From Candidatus Aminicenantes bacterium (GTDB lineage Bacteria; Acidobacteriota; Aminicenantia; Aminicenantales; Aminicenantaceae): a stretch of 64,000 nt of DNA. The notes beneath the pieces are model-generated. The model worked only from the letters and a program-made list of their open reading frames with translations. It ran no database searches and was not told the DNA's origin. Made by a program: the position numbers and the translations under genes. Every line of letters starts with the position of its first letter. The first letter of the stretch is position 1. This document shows positions 1 through 9,705 of the stretch, piece after piece. The DNA lies in NCBI GenBank assembly GCA_030669305.1, contig DAOVDU010000002.1, positions 318 to 64,317 on the forward strand, written 5' to 3'.

Positions 1-2223
1 CGGCGTGTCCCTCACATTTTCGCCAAGAATGATCATGATCTATATTTTGCCCAAGGATATATCACTGCCAAGGATAGGCTCTGGCAAATGGAATTTCAAA
101 CCTACGCCGTTGCAGGGAGGCTGTCAGAAATTGTTGGGAAAAGAGCGCTTGAGTATGATCGCTTTCAGCGGCGCATCGGGATGGTTTATGCCGCTGAAAA
201 TTCTGTTAGAGCTCTCAATGAAAATCAGGAAAGTAAAGCAGTCATCACGGCTTATACAAGCGGCGTGAATGCATATATTAAAAGCTTAAACAGAAAAACA
301 ATGCCGTTAGAGTATAAAATATTAGACTATTTTCCTGAAACCTGGACTGTGCTCAAATCTGCCCTGTTATTGAAATATATGGCATGGGATTTAACAGGCA
401 GTAGTTCAGATTACATTATGACCCAGACTCGTGAAGCACTGGGAGATTCTGTTATGGAGCAATTATTTCCCTATTATCCACCCTTTATGAACCCAATCGT
501 TCCATCAGGAACACTCTGGGATTTTAAATCCAACATGGATCAGGAACAGAGGGAAGAATATATCAATGTCCATCGAATGAACACAAATTCAAAGGAGTCC
601 CAATACGAAAAAGGCAGCAATAATTGGGCGGTCTCTGGAAATCTGACAAAGAGCGGGTATCCGATTCTCTGTAATGATCCACATTTAGGATTGAATCTCC
701 CTTCGATCTGGTATGAGATTCAGTTGGTGTCGCCTGATGTCAATACGTATGGTGTCTCAATTCCCGGTGCTCCTGCTGTGATTATCGGATTTAACAGTGA
801 AATCGCCTGGGGACTCACGAATGCTGGATCAGATGTTCTGGACTGGTATAAGATTAAGTTCAAAGATTCGATTCGAAAGGAATATTTTTATGATGGGGAG
901 TGGCATGGGACAAAATTACGTGTCGAAGAAATCAAAGTTAGAGAAGAGAAGACGGTCCTTGATACGGTTTGTTATACACGCCATGGCCCGGTTGTATATC
1001 ATGAGGGAGAAAAGCCCTTTTATAATAATATTCCAGCAGGTTCTGCGATGCGATGGGCAGCACATGATCCATCAAATGAGCTGCAAACATTTCACATGCT
1101 TAACCGCGCAAAAAATTATAAGGACTACCTTGAAGCGTTGCGTTTTTTAGATTGTCCTGGGCAAAACCTTGTGTTTGCAGATAAGAGTGGTGATATTGCT
1201 ATCTGGCATAACGGAAAATTCCCGTTAAGATGGAAGGGCCAGGGACGCTATCTTCTTGATGGTAGCAATCCTGATGATGAATGGAAAGATTGGGTTCAAA
1301 GGGAACACAATCCTCATGTGAAAAATCCTAACCGGGGATTTGTAAGTTCGGCAAATCAGATTCCTGCTGATTCTGACTATCCCTATTATCTGGGATGGGA
1401 TTATGTGTCGTTTGAAAGGGGGACACGGATAAACGAACTCTTGTCAGCTATGAAAGACATCACTCCAGAGGACATGATTGAAATGCAGAGCGATGTAATG
1501 AATCTTCGTGCAAGAATGTTGCTTCCTCGCCTGCTTGATATATTGAAAGCAAAGAGTTTGACGCCTGAAGAGAAGCAGAGTTATGAAGAATTGAAAAACT
1601 GGAACTGTAAAAATCGAGCCGAATTAATTGCACCGACATTTTTTGAATACTTTTGGCAAGAACTCTGTGAACGTATCTGGAATGATGACATGAATACTGA
1701 TTCGGGTTCGTTGAAAAGGCCTAATAGTGGAGTTACTATTGATCTCACTTTAAACCAACCCGAGTGTCCGTATTTTGATGACAAGACTACGGCTGATAAA
1801 GAAACGCTGGATGATCTTGTATATCAGGCGTTTCAATCTGTAAATAAGAAGCTGGCAGAAGAGTTTGGATCGATTGGGCAGGCCTGGGTTTGGGGAAAGG
1901 CGCGAGGTACAGATATTCGCCACGTGGCTCAAATTCCGGGTTTAGGACGGATAAACCTAAAAACAGATGGCAATTCCTATATCATCAATGCTATATCAAA
2001 GTACTTTGGGCCATCCTGGAGAATGGTTGTGACTTTAGGCCCTGAGGTCAGAGCCTGGGGTATCTGTCCAGGAGGACAGTCTGGGAATCCGGGCTCACGA
2101 TTCTATGACAATGCTGTTAATGATTGGGTTAAGGGCAAAGCCTATGAATTGTTGTATCTTAAATCTCCGGATGAAGAGAATCCAGATGTAGCCGGGAAAA
2201 CAAAACTGAGAGGTGTGAAATGA
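1..2223 (+). CDS. Penicillin acylase family Ntn-hydrolase, 5'-partial (reading frame is open from base 1)
   Basis: Frame 1 from base 1 reads ...AQGYITAKDRLWQMEFQT, the conserved DRLWQM acylase motif. The GSNNWAV Ser-nucleophile motif follows about 180 aa into the ORF. At >710 aa the length fits the acylase family. Confidence 0.85.
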   Translation, partial: RRVPHIFAKNDHDLYFAQGYITAKDRLWQMEFQTYAVAGRLSEIVGKRALEYDRFQRRIGMVYAAENSVRALNENQESKAVITAYTSGVNAYIKSLNRKTMPLEYKILDYFPETWTVLKSALLLKYMAWDLTGSSSDYIMTQTREALGDSVMEQLFPYYPPFMNPIVPSGTLWDFKSNMDQEQREEYINVHRMNTNSKESQYEKGSNNWAVSGNLTKSGYPILCNDPHLGLNLPSIWYEIQLVSPDVNTYGVSIPGAPAVIIGFNSEIAWGLTNAGSDVLDWYKIKFKDSIRKEYFYDGEWHGTKLRVEEIKVREEKTVLDTVCYTRHGPVVYHEGEKPFYNNIPAGSAMRWAAHDPSNELQTFHMLNRAKNYKDYLEALRFLDCPGQNLVFADKSGDIAIWHNGKFPLRWKGQGRYLLDGSNPDDEWKDWVQREHNPHVKNPNRGFVSSANQIPADSDYPYYLGWDYVSFERGTRINELLSAMKDITPEDMIEMQSDVMNLRARMLLPRLLDILKAKSLTPEEKQSYEELKNWNCKNRAELIAPTFFEYFWQELCERIWNDDMNTDSGSLKRPNSGVTIDLTLNQPECPYFDDKTTADKETLDDLVYQAFQSVNKKLAEEFGSIGQAWVWGKARGTDIRHVAQIPGLGRINLKTDGNSYIINAISKYFGPSWRMVVTLGPEVRAWGICPGGQSGNPGSRFYDNAVNDWVKGKAYELLYLKSPDEENPDVAGKTKLRGVK

Positions 2224-2561
2224 TTGACCTAATAATTTGCTTTTTGCTCATGCTGCTGTTGCAAATTTTCACTCCATTCTGGTGGTGGATCATGATCGTT
2301 CCTTTTGTCTACAGCTTGCTTAAATCCAAATCAGGATGGGAGGGGTTCAGGATTGGAATGTTCAGTGCGGGATTGTTATGGTTAATCATGAGTGTCTACG
2401 CTTATTTAACTGGGAGTAAAACAATTGCTGCACGAATTTCTCAGATGTTTCAATTGGAAATCCCCTGGTTAATGATAGCTGTCACTGTTTTGGTGGCTGC
2501 GATAGCTGCTGGGATTTCTGGTATGGCAGGATATTCTGTAAAGACTCTTTTACGGCGATAG
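2220..2561 (+). CDS. Small hydrophobic membrane protein, hypothetical
   Basis: 113-aa ORF with 3 predicted TM helices and a 4-nt ATGA overlap with the acylase stop. No recognisable motif. Confidence 0.45.
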   Translation: MIDLIICFLLMLLLQIFTPFWWWIMIVPFVYSLLKSKSGWEGFRIGMFSAGLLWLIMSVYAYLTGSKTIAARISQMFQLEIPWLMIAVTVLVAAIAAGISGMAGYSVKTLLRR

Positions 2562-2666
2562 GCTAAATTTCTGATAAAATTGATAAAGATGTTTTTAAAA
2601 TGAAATAAAACAGTCCATACTCTCTTGTGTTATAATCTTAATGTTGACATAATCCGAGAGTCTAAA

Positions 2667-3185
2667 ATGGATAGAAGGTCCTTTTTCATAAGTTTCGCTA
2701 AAGTTATCACAATCGGAGCAGCTGCGGCACATGGCTTTAAATCATATGCTAAATCAACAGTTTATGAATCTTTCATAAAGAAACCCGAACAGAAAAAAGA
2801 CTCCATAGAGATTTTGAAAGAAATTTATAAAGAGGTAAAAGAGCTGGGAGCCCGTGATAATGAAGACTTTATAAAAAGAGAATTTCATATAGACCTAGAC
2901 GGAAATGAAAAAAACAGAGAAGAACATGTTGTTGTCTTGAGTTATTGCGATGGAGACAAGGAGAAAATGATAGTCCAGGTGACTTATTTCAAATCCGGTA
3001 AAAGCAGCCGTTTAATAAAGTATGCTAAAGATACAAAGAAAGTCTTATGCCACATAAAGGAAGCCCAATTAGAGATTATAAATAGTGACTATAATGAGTG
3101 TGAGATTAAGTCCTTGCTGCCAGAGATACTCAAAGGCATACGCGAAAAGAAAAAATTTCTAAAGCTTATCAACCGTAAAAAATAA
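2667..3185 (+). CDS. Hypothetical secreted protein with Tat-type signal (MDRRSFFISFAKV..AAAAHG)
   Basis: ORF 2625-3185. The likely start is the Met at 2667, which gives a twin-arginine RRSFF motif. Lys/Glu-rich, no known domain. Confidence 0.5.
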   Translation: MDRRSFFISFAKVITIGAAAAHGFKSYAKSTVYESFIKKPEQKKDSIEILKEIYKEVKELGARDNEDFIKREFHIDLDGNEKNREEHVVVLSYCDGDKEKMIVQVTYFKSGKSSRLIKYAKDTKKVLCHIKEAQLEIINSDYNECEIKSLLPEILKGIREKKKFLKLINRKK

Positions 3186-3267
3186 AAGCGAAAGTCCCCA
3201 TTATCTTTTTATTGACATTCAAATTTTGATTGAATAGAATCGGCTTGCTTAAATCCAGGAGGAAATC

Positions 3268-3690
3268 ATGAGTACTGAACAGACACCTCAGCCAATGACA
3301 AATGATGCTCACAGGCAAATATCTGGTCCTGCCACAGGACTGCTTATTACAGGAATCCTTGGGGCCTTATTATCTGTGACAGGTTTTATTGTAAACATTA
3401 TTGGCACAGGTATAAGCTCAATGGTTGTAGATTATATCCCTGATCGTTATGAAGAGCTAATCGAAGGAACAGTTGGTATTGGCATTTCATTTGTAGGAAT
3501 CTTGATAGCAGCATTTGTCATTTATGCCTCTTTGAAGATGAAGGAACTCACTCAATGGGAATTAAGCGTTGCGGCAAGTGTTCTTGCCATGATTCCTTGT
3601 ATCAGTCCCTGTTGTATTGTGGGCTTGCCTATAGGAATCTGGTGTCTTGTTGTATTATTAAGGCCTGAGGTTAGGGCAGCATTCCATTGA
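3268..3690 (+). CDS. Hypothetical small membrane protein
   Basis: 140 aa with two hydrophobic hairpins. GGAGG RBS 8 nt upstream of the ATG. Confidence 0.5.
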   Translation: MSTEQTPQPMTNDAHRQISGPATGLLITGILGALLSVTGFIVNIIGTGISSMVVDYIPDRYEELIEGTVGIGISFVGILIAAFVIYASLKMKELTQWELSVAASVLAMIPCISPCCIVGLPIGIWCLVVLLRPEVRAAFH

Positions 3691-3746
3691 GATTACCCTT
3701 ATTGTGTCATGTTAAATGGCATAAATAACTGTGTAACATTTGCTCA

Positions 3747-4178
3747 ATGAAGAGTAGTGAGCTTTCCTCACATTTTGTTGTCCTCATAATATGCTTTTGT
3801 ATTCTTGTAGGAGCTCTGATTCTAAGGCCGACAGAGCTTGGAAATTCTCATATCAGACTTGGCCGCTTTGCTCTACCTGACGTATGCATTTTTCGAGGCG
3901 TGACAGGATTGCCGTGTCCAGGGTGTGGCCTTGTTCGATCGCTTGTAGCGGCCACACACGGAGATGTAAATCTGAGTCTTTCTTATCATCGGTTGGGATT
4001 ACTGACCCTTATTTATATCTTCCTTCAATTTGTGTATCGTTTGGGATTTATTATGATCCCGAACTGGTGGACTCGAATCGTCCGTTACGAAAAGTTCCTC
4101 AATCTTGGGATAATTGTTCTCGCCATTCTTTTTATGCTGAATTGGATTCTCACTCTTTCCCTAATAATATTTTCATAG
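3747..4178 (+). CDS. DUF2752-like membrane protein (CPGCG motif)
   Basis: GLPCPGCGLVRS motif between TM helices is typical of the DUF2752 family. 143 aa. Confidence 0.5.
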   Translation: MKSSELSSHFVVLIICFCILVGALILRPTELGNSHIRLGRFALPDVCIFRGVTGLPCPGCGLVRSLVAATHGDVNLSLSYHRLGLLTLIYIFLQFVYRLGFIMIPNWWTRIVRYEKFLNLGIIVLAILFMLNWILTLSLIIFS

Positions 4179-4247
4179 ATTCTATAATATGAATCCTCTT
4201 TATTAGTATTTCAGCGCATCCAAAAAGTAAACTTCACGTGATAAGCA

Positions 4248-5189
4248 TCAAAGATATGATATGATTCCTTCCCTGTATAACTGGTTGGAGTCCTTGATTA
4301 CAAGTCCGGATGATTCTACAAAATCAATGGCCTTGTTTACAGTCTGAAGCATTTTGTCTTTGTCGCTGGGAAGGCTGCCAGCTATCCCTCTATAGATGAT
4401 GCTATTCCCGGCCCATAAGTAGTTTGTCAAGTGGTCGCTGGCAAGGAAACAGTCCTCCAGATCCAGGTTTTCGACAAATAGTTTCACCTCCTTTAACTTT
4501 TCAAGGGGAGGAGTGATGGTAAATTCGCCCTTTTCAAGCTTTTTGTCCAAAGGAGTTCCATGCTGAATAGTAAGTGTCCTTAGCCTAATAAAATCTGCTC
4601 CGGCTGCATTAAGAACCTTGGCGCTGTTTGTAGCATGTTCCTTCCATCTTTCCTTTCCGCCAGCTCCGATTAGGACATAAAAAGATACTTCGAACCCAGC
4701 TTTCCTAGCTTTTTGTCCAGCCTTAATCATTTCCTGAGGATTGGCACCTTTGCAGAGCTTCTCGAGAGTAACAGCATCTCCAGATTCAAGGCCGATGTGG
4801 ATTCTCTCGAGGCCTGCTTTCCTTACTGCTGTCAAGAATTCCATCTTGCGGTACAGAATGGTTTTTGCCCGTGCATAGGATGTTACTCGCCTGGCTTCGG
4901 GAAATGTTTCTCTGATGAAAGCAATTATCTCAGGAAGGGCTTTATGGACAAGATTGTCACTGTCTCCAAGGAAAATGGTGTCTGAAACGCCATAGATTTC
5001 CCTTGCTTTTAATACGTCGTTTCTGACTTCTTTGAGTGCTTTTGTCTTGAATTTTATTTGCTTATACATGGCGCAGAATGTACACCTGTTCCAGGGGCAA
5101 CCCCTTGTGATGCGTATAAGTGTGCTGCTAGCCTCGTTGGGAGGACGAAATGGGGGATAGTCGTATGTGTTTAAATTGCCAATCATCAT
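4248..5189 (-). CDS. Radical SAM protein (CxxxCxxC near N-terminus)
   Basis: CPWNRCTFCAMYK cysteine triad plus TIM-barrel-like length (313 aa). Subfamily not determinable by eye. Confidence 0.8.
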   Translation of the reverse strand: MMIGNLNTYDYPPFRPPNEASSTLIRITRGCPWNRCTFCAMYKQIKFKTKALKEVRNDVLKAREIYGVSDTIFLGDSDNLVHKALPEIIAFIRETFPEARRVTSYARAKTILYRKMEFLTAVRKAGLERIHIGLESGDAVTLEKLCKGANPQEMIKAGQKARKAGFEVSFYVLIGAGGKERWKEHATNSAKVLNAAGADFIRLRTLTIQHGTPLDKKLEKGEFTITPPLEKLKEVKLFVENLDLEDCFLASDHLTNYLWAGNSIIYRGIAGSLPSDKDKMLQTVNKAIDFVESSGLVIKDSNQLYREGIISYL

Positions 5190-5249
5190 CCTACAAGATT
5201 AGCGGAAAAAATGTTTACAAGCAACTTTATGCTATTATTTTTTAAAAAA

Positions 5250-5352
5250 AATTGGGGTCAAAAAAAATTGGGGTCAAACCTTGACATTTGACGGTTCGCT
5301 CCCCAATTATTCACTTATTTGTCAAATGTCAAGGTTTGACCCCAAATAATTT
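5250..5352. promoter_or_regulatory. Large perfect palindrome (about 33-bp arms, 30-nt spacer) in the divergent intergenic region, overlapping the first ATG of the downstream lipoprotein ORF
   Basis: aaaaaaaattggggtcaaaccttgacatttgac ... gtcaaatgtcaaggtttgaccccaaataatttttt. Arms contain tandem TTGAC half-sites. The spacer carries ccccaatt, the complement of the aattgggg direct repeat. Confidence 0.5.
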
Positions 5353-5372
5353 TTTTGAGAGAATATAAAACA

Positions 5373-6635
5373 ATGTTTGATTTTCTGAAAAAATCTTCTC
5401 TAGTTCTGTTGGCAGGATTGGGACTCTGCCTGTTTCTTGTCATGAGCTGCCAGCTGTTTAAAGAAAAGGAACAATTTGAATGCAGCCTGGTTGAGCTTGT
5501 GAAAAATCCTGACTCTGGATACTATGATGCCATTATCAAAGTAGAGCGCCTCATGATAGACAATGCCCAGAAAACAAGGTTTTCTTTGCTTACTCCGACC
5601 AGCTCCTACGAGATATCGAATCTTTCTTTTATTGATGATGGCCAAGATCCGGAACGGCTGGAAGCAGGAGATGTTTTTACTGTTCCCTTGTGTAAGCCTG
5701 ATTGGAAATTTTATGTCAGAGGGCAGAATGATATCTACTGCTCACACAATTTTTGGGAGATGCTGCCTGTCAGTGACCAATGGCACCCCACGAAATCAGA
5801 TGCGATGGAAATAGCCCAAAGCATTGAAGTTGAATTAGTTGAAGGCCTTCCGAAACCTGTGGCGAAAAATCTCCCTGAAGAGTGGTACCTGGTCGATGAG
5901 AGACTTCCGGATTATGATGATCCCTGCGGATATGTAATTTATCAAAAGCTGCGGGCGGAAGAAGTCAAAGAAGAAGTGAATATCAGGTATTGCTTTTTAA
6001 CTGAGCCTGAAATCAAAGAACTTTATTCAGGTTCAGATACCGAATTTCTTTCCGACTGGACAGATTGGACAAAAGAATCTGGGAAATCCGAGACAATTGC
6101 CGGGCATGATGCCATTTATTGGGACATGCAAGAGATGGGTGAGTTTGACTGGACTTACAGGTATGCTTACATCGATTCAGAAATGGTTATAGAAATTGAC
6201 ATCTATGCAGATCCCCTGGAGCTCTTCAAAACTGAACAGGAAAAGATTCTGGAAGGGAAGTCAAGAAAATTGTTGCTTCGCTATGGATATGGCCCGAAGG
6301 GAGATTCTGAATGGCAGATCATGATCGAGATCTGGATGAATGGGGAAGGAGCCTTCCATAAAAGGTCTAAGGAGGGAATTATCATACAAAAAGTCTTTCG
6401 GTTAGAGAATAGAGAGCTTGAGGAGATTCAAATATCTATTAGGCAGAATCGATTTAGGGAGTTACGTTCCCAGTCTGGCGTCCCCGGGGGAGCTACATCC
6501 TACCTCTCAGTGAGGTATGGGGACCAATACCATACAGTAGAACTGAAGAATGTTACAGTTTTACTCTATAAAAACATAGAACAGACGATAAAAGGCATCG
6601 TGTTGCCCAAGGTGGCTGAAACAGGTGTAAATTGA
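5373..6635 (+). CDS. Hypothetical acidic lipoprotein
   Basis: ORF 5355-6635. The second Met at 5373 gives a classical lipoprotein signal (LLAGLGLCLFLVMSC). No known domain recognised. Confidence 0.55.
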   Translation: MFDFLKKSSLVLLAGLGLCLFLVMSCQLFKEKEQFECSLVELVKNPDSGYYDAIIKVERLMIDNAQKTRFSLLTPTSSYEISNLSFIDDGQDPERLEAGDVFTVPLCKPDWKFYVRGQNDIYCSHNFWEMLPVSDQWHPTKSDAMEIAQSIEVELVEGLPKPVAKNLPEEWYLVDERLPDYDDPCGYVIYQKLRAEEVKEEVNIRYCFLTEPEIKELYSGSDTEFLSDWTDWTKESGKSETIAGHDAIYWDMQEMGEFDWTYRYAYIDSEMVIEIDIYADPLELFKTEQEKILEGKSRKLLLRYGYGPKGDSEWQIMIEIWMNGEGAFHKRSKEGIIIQKVFRLENRELEEIQISIRQNRFRELRSQSGVPGGATSYLSVRYGDQYHTVELKNVTVLLYKNIEQTIKGIVLPKVAETGVN

Positions 6636-6876
6636 ATCTGAGTGGAGGCAGATTCTTACTGTCAACGTCTGGTCCGGTCTGGATTACAAGGGTGCAATGC
6701 GGATGGACGAATACGAGACTCAGGAAAGAAGAGATGCACGGTATCAGGCTCTTATTGCACAAGTTAAAGAAGTTGATCCGGATGTTATTTTTATCCAGGA
6801 GGCTAATCCTGTCACAAAATATTCAGCCAGGCTTGCATCGGATATTGGTTTTGACAAGATCCATCAGGTTTTATAA
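6634..6876 (+). pseudogene. Remnant of an endonuclease/exonuclease/phosphatase (EEP) family gene: N-terminal about 80 codons only, no start codon
   Basis: Frame-1 translation ...VNVWSGLDYKGAMRMDEYETQERRDARYQALIAQVKEVDPDVIFIQEANP... matches the EEP N-terminal signature (NVW..G....R...I....DPDV..LQE). The frame opens right after a stop, has no ATG before the conserved core and ends after about 80 aa. Confidence 0.5.
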
Positions 6877-6899
6877 ATGTTGACATTTGATCCCAATTT

Positions 6900-7688
6900 T
6901 TATCTTCTAGTTTTCTTATTTAACAGATATAAAGTGAAGGATCTTCCATCAAGCTTAGTATACTTGAAATCTACATCATCATTGAAAGCTGCGCCATTAA
7001 AATTTATGGGTTCATGAAACTTAGTATATTTAAAACAAGCCTCTCCATTAAATTCAGCATTTTCAAAGTTCACGCCTAAGGGGAATTCTGTGTATTTGAA
7101 ATTCGCTAGGCGCCGGAATGTCGCTTTATCAAAATTTACAGCTTTGGGGAAATTTGTATACTTGAAGTTCGCATCATAGTAAAAATAGGCGTTTGAGAAA
7201 CTGGCTTTTGTTGAAAATTTTGCATATTTGAAGAATGCTTCTTTATGGAATTGAGTATTTTCAAAATTGGATTTTCCAAAAAATTTTGCATACTTAAACG
7301 CTGATAGCGCCTGAAAATTGCATCCCTGAAAGTCCACATCTTCATGAAAGACAGCATTATGAGTTTCATTTTTCCAATCATCATGTACATAACCAATTAC
7401 ATCCCCTATGAAAACGCAATTTATGAAAGATAAAAGGGATTTGATATGACATGAATAAGTTTTTGTCGTGTTTCTGCTCCTTAGATAGGGTTTATCCAGA
7501 GTAATGTCTTTAATGGACGTGAAATCAAGATCACCGATGATTTCTACATTTTCATATTGGACGGGTTTTCCATCATTGATTTGATCGATGATCTTGCTTG
7601 CCTTTACTTGTGATTTGGCAAAGGAAAATACAGGAACTAACATCATGACGGCCATCATTACGGTGTATGAATTTTTTGCTTTTTTCAT
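6900..7688 (-). CDS. Secreted pentapeptide-repeat protein
   Basis: Many A(N/D)FxY(A/T)xF pentapeptide units (ANFKYTEF, AYFYYDANFKYTNF...). Likely start MKKAKN at 7688, preceded by AGGAGG. Signal peptide present. Confidence 0.75.
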   Translation of the reverse strand: MKKAKNSYTVMMAVMMLVPVFSFAKSQVKASKIIDQINDGKPVQYENVEIIGDLDFTSIKDITLDKPYLRSRNTTKTYSCHIKSLLSFINCVFIGDVIGYVHDDWKNETHNAVFHEDVDFQGCNFQALSAFKYAKFFGKSNFENTQFHKEAFFKYAKFSTKASFSNAYFYYDANFKYTNFPKAVNFDKATFRRLANFKYTEFPLGVNFENAEFNGEACFKYTKFHEPINFNGAAFNDDVDFKYTKLDGRSFTLYLLNKKTRR

Positions 7689-7818
7689 TTCTACCTCCTT
7701 TTTTCCAATAAAAAGCAATTGGATTCTTTAAAGTTAGTTTATAAATATCCCATAAATATATACGGATTAACTATAAAAAGGTTTACCTTTTAGATATTCT
7801 CTGCTATAAAAAAATTAT

Positions 7819-9462
7819 TTGAAAAGGAGATCCTATATGAGGAAATTTTTATTAGAATCAAGATTGCTCGGGATTTTTCTTTTTATATCCTTTCTGGTAT
7901 CCCTTGCGGCTGCAGACGAAAACACAGACAAGGTTGATAAGCTTTTTTCTAAATGGGATTCGACTGTCTCGCCAGGAGCGGCCCTGGTAATTATCAAAGA
8001 CGGGAAAATCATCCACAAGCGCGGTTACGGAATGGCAAATCTGGAGCACAACATTCCTATCACTTCAACTTCTGTTTTTCGTATTGGGTCAACCTCTAAA
8101 CAATTTACAGCATCGTGTATCGCTATTCTTGCCTTAGAGAGAAAGATTTCTCTTGATGATGATATACGCAAGTATGTCCCTGAACTTCAAAAGCATAAAA
8201 GGCCCATTACTATCAGGCACCTGGTTCACCATACAAGCGGTATACGCGATTACCTCACGCTTGCAGATGTCGCAGCTTTGACGGAAGATCATTTCTATAC
8301 TCCAGAGGATACAATCGAACTCCTGGGCAGACAGAGAGGGCTGAATTTTCCTTCAGGTGAAGAGTTTCTCTATTCCAACTCAGGATATTTCTTGATGGGT
8401 ATTATCGTAGAGAGAGTAAGCGGAAAATCTCTTAATGATTTTGCCCAGGAGCATATTTTTAAGCCCTTAGGTATGAGGAATACTCATTTCCACGATGATC
8501 ATACAATGGTTGTAAAAAACCGTGCCGATGGCTATTCGCCCACAAAAAAGGGATTTCTCATTGCCATGACTACGCTTGACCATGTAGGCGACGGCGGCGT
8601 CTTCACCACGGTTGAAGATTTGTTTCTCTGGGATCAGGCATTTTACAACAACAAATTGGGGAAGGAACTCATGGAGCTTATTCAGACTCCTGGCGAGCTG
8701 AACAGTGGTGAAAAGCTCAATTATGCTTTCGGACTCAACATAGATGATTATAAAGGATTAAGAAGGGTGCATCACAGTGGTGGGTTTGTCGGATTCAAAG
8801 CCCAGATGATTCGTTTCCCTCAGCATAAGTTTTCTGTTGTCTGCCTAGCTAACTTTGGCACTATCAATCCCTCCAGGCTCTGCATCCAGGTTGCCGACAT
8901 TTACCTTGCCAGTAAGTTCAAAAAGACCGAAGAGGTACCTAAAAAGAAAAAGGAAATTGAGCCAGTTACTCTATCCAGGGAGGAATTAGAAGAAAAGGCA
9001 GGAAACTACCAGAATAAAAAGACCGGTGAGTGGACTATTATCTCGATAAAAGAGGACAAGCTGGAGATAGGAGAAGGAAAAAGAAAGTATGTCCTTTTGC
9101 CAGTGAGTAAGACAAGCTTTCGAGCATTGGACGCCCCATTCGATATCTCTATCGATTTTTTCCCTGAAGATAAGCAAGGAATACGCAGAGCCAAGATAAC
9201 CCTTGAAGGAGAAAAAATCAACCTGGTGAAAGCTCCCAGGCTAAAATCGCTGACTCCTTCTCAGCTCGAGGAGTATGCTGGCGAATATTATAATGACGAG
9301 CTTCCAGCTATCTATAAGCTTGTCGTTGAGAAAGGATCGCTGCTTTTCAAACACAAGAATGCTCCTAAAGATGCTTTAAAAGCCATGAGCCGGGATAAGT
9401 TTACTGTAAGATGGATGAACATAGAGTTCATCCGGAATAAAAGAAAAAAATCACAGGATTAG
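7819..9462 (+). CDS. Serine hydrolase, beta-lactamase/PBP4*-fold (SxxK, YxN), with extra C-terminal domain
   Basis: IGSTSKQFTA (SxxK), YSNSGY and HHSGG motifs. Signal peptide. 547 aa. Confidence 0.8.
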   Translation: MKRRSYMRKFLLESRLLGIFLFISFLVSLAAADENTDKVDKLFSKWDSTVSPGAALVIIKDGKIIHKRGYGMANLEHNIPITSTSVFRIGSTSKQFTASCIAILALERKISLDDDIRKYVPELQKHKRPITIRHLVHHTSGIRDYLTLADVAALTEDHFYTPEDTIELLGRQRGLNFPSGEEFLYSNSGYFLMGIIVERVSGKSLNDFAQEHIFKPLGMRNTHFHDDHTMVVKNRADGYSPTKKGFLIAMTTLDHVGDGGVFTTVEDLFLWDQAFYNNKLGKELMELIQTPGELNSGEKLNYAFGLNIDDYKGLRRVHHSGGFVGFKAQMIRFPQHKFSVVCLANFGTINPSRLCIQVADIYLASKFKKTEEVPKKKKEIEPVTLSREELEEKAGNYQNKKTGEWTIISIKEDKLEIGEGKRKYVLLPVSKTSFRALDAPFDISIDFFPEDKQGIRRAKITLEGEKINLVKAPRLKSLTPSQLEEYAGEYYNDELPAIYKLVVEKGSLLFKHKNAPKDALKAMSRDKFTVRWMNIEFIRNKRKKSQD

Positions 9463-9705
9463 TCGTAGGGGCAGGTCGTGCCGCCAATATAGAGTTTATT
9501 AAGAAATAAACCGGAGAGAATCTAGATCTTTGAAAAAGTGGTATAAACCATAAGCAAGGTCGGCTGAAAAGGAAAAATCAGCTGATTAAAATCAAATAAA
9601 ATATGGATAAAAGCATTGCAAACCTATTTATAACTCTGTGTAATAAAATTGATGATTTTTTAAAATTTTATAACAGGTAGTTATAAAGAAGGAGGAAAGA
9701 GAAAA

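Noticed and set aside
797-1150. 117-aa ORF in an alternative frame inside the acylase gene, and similar small overlapping ORFs across the window
   Set aside because: Embedded in well-supported longer CDSs, with no independent signals.
5355-5372. First ATG (MREYKT) of ORF 5355-6635
   Set aside because: It lies inside the palindrome. The second ATG (5373) gives a clean lipoprotein signal peptide, so the shorter start is preferred.
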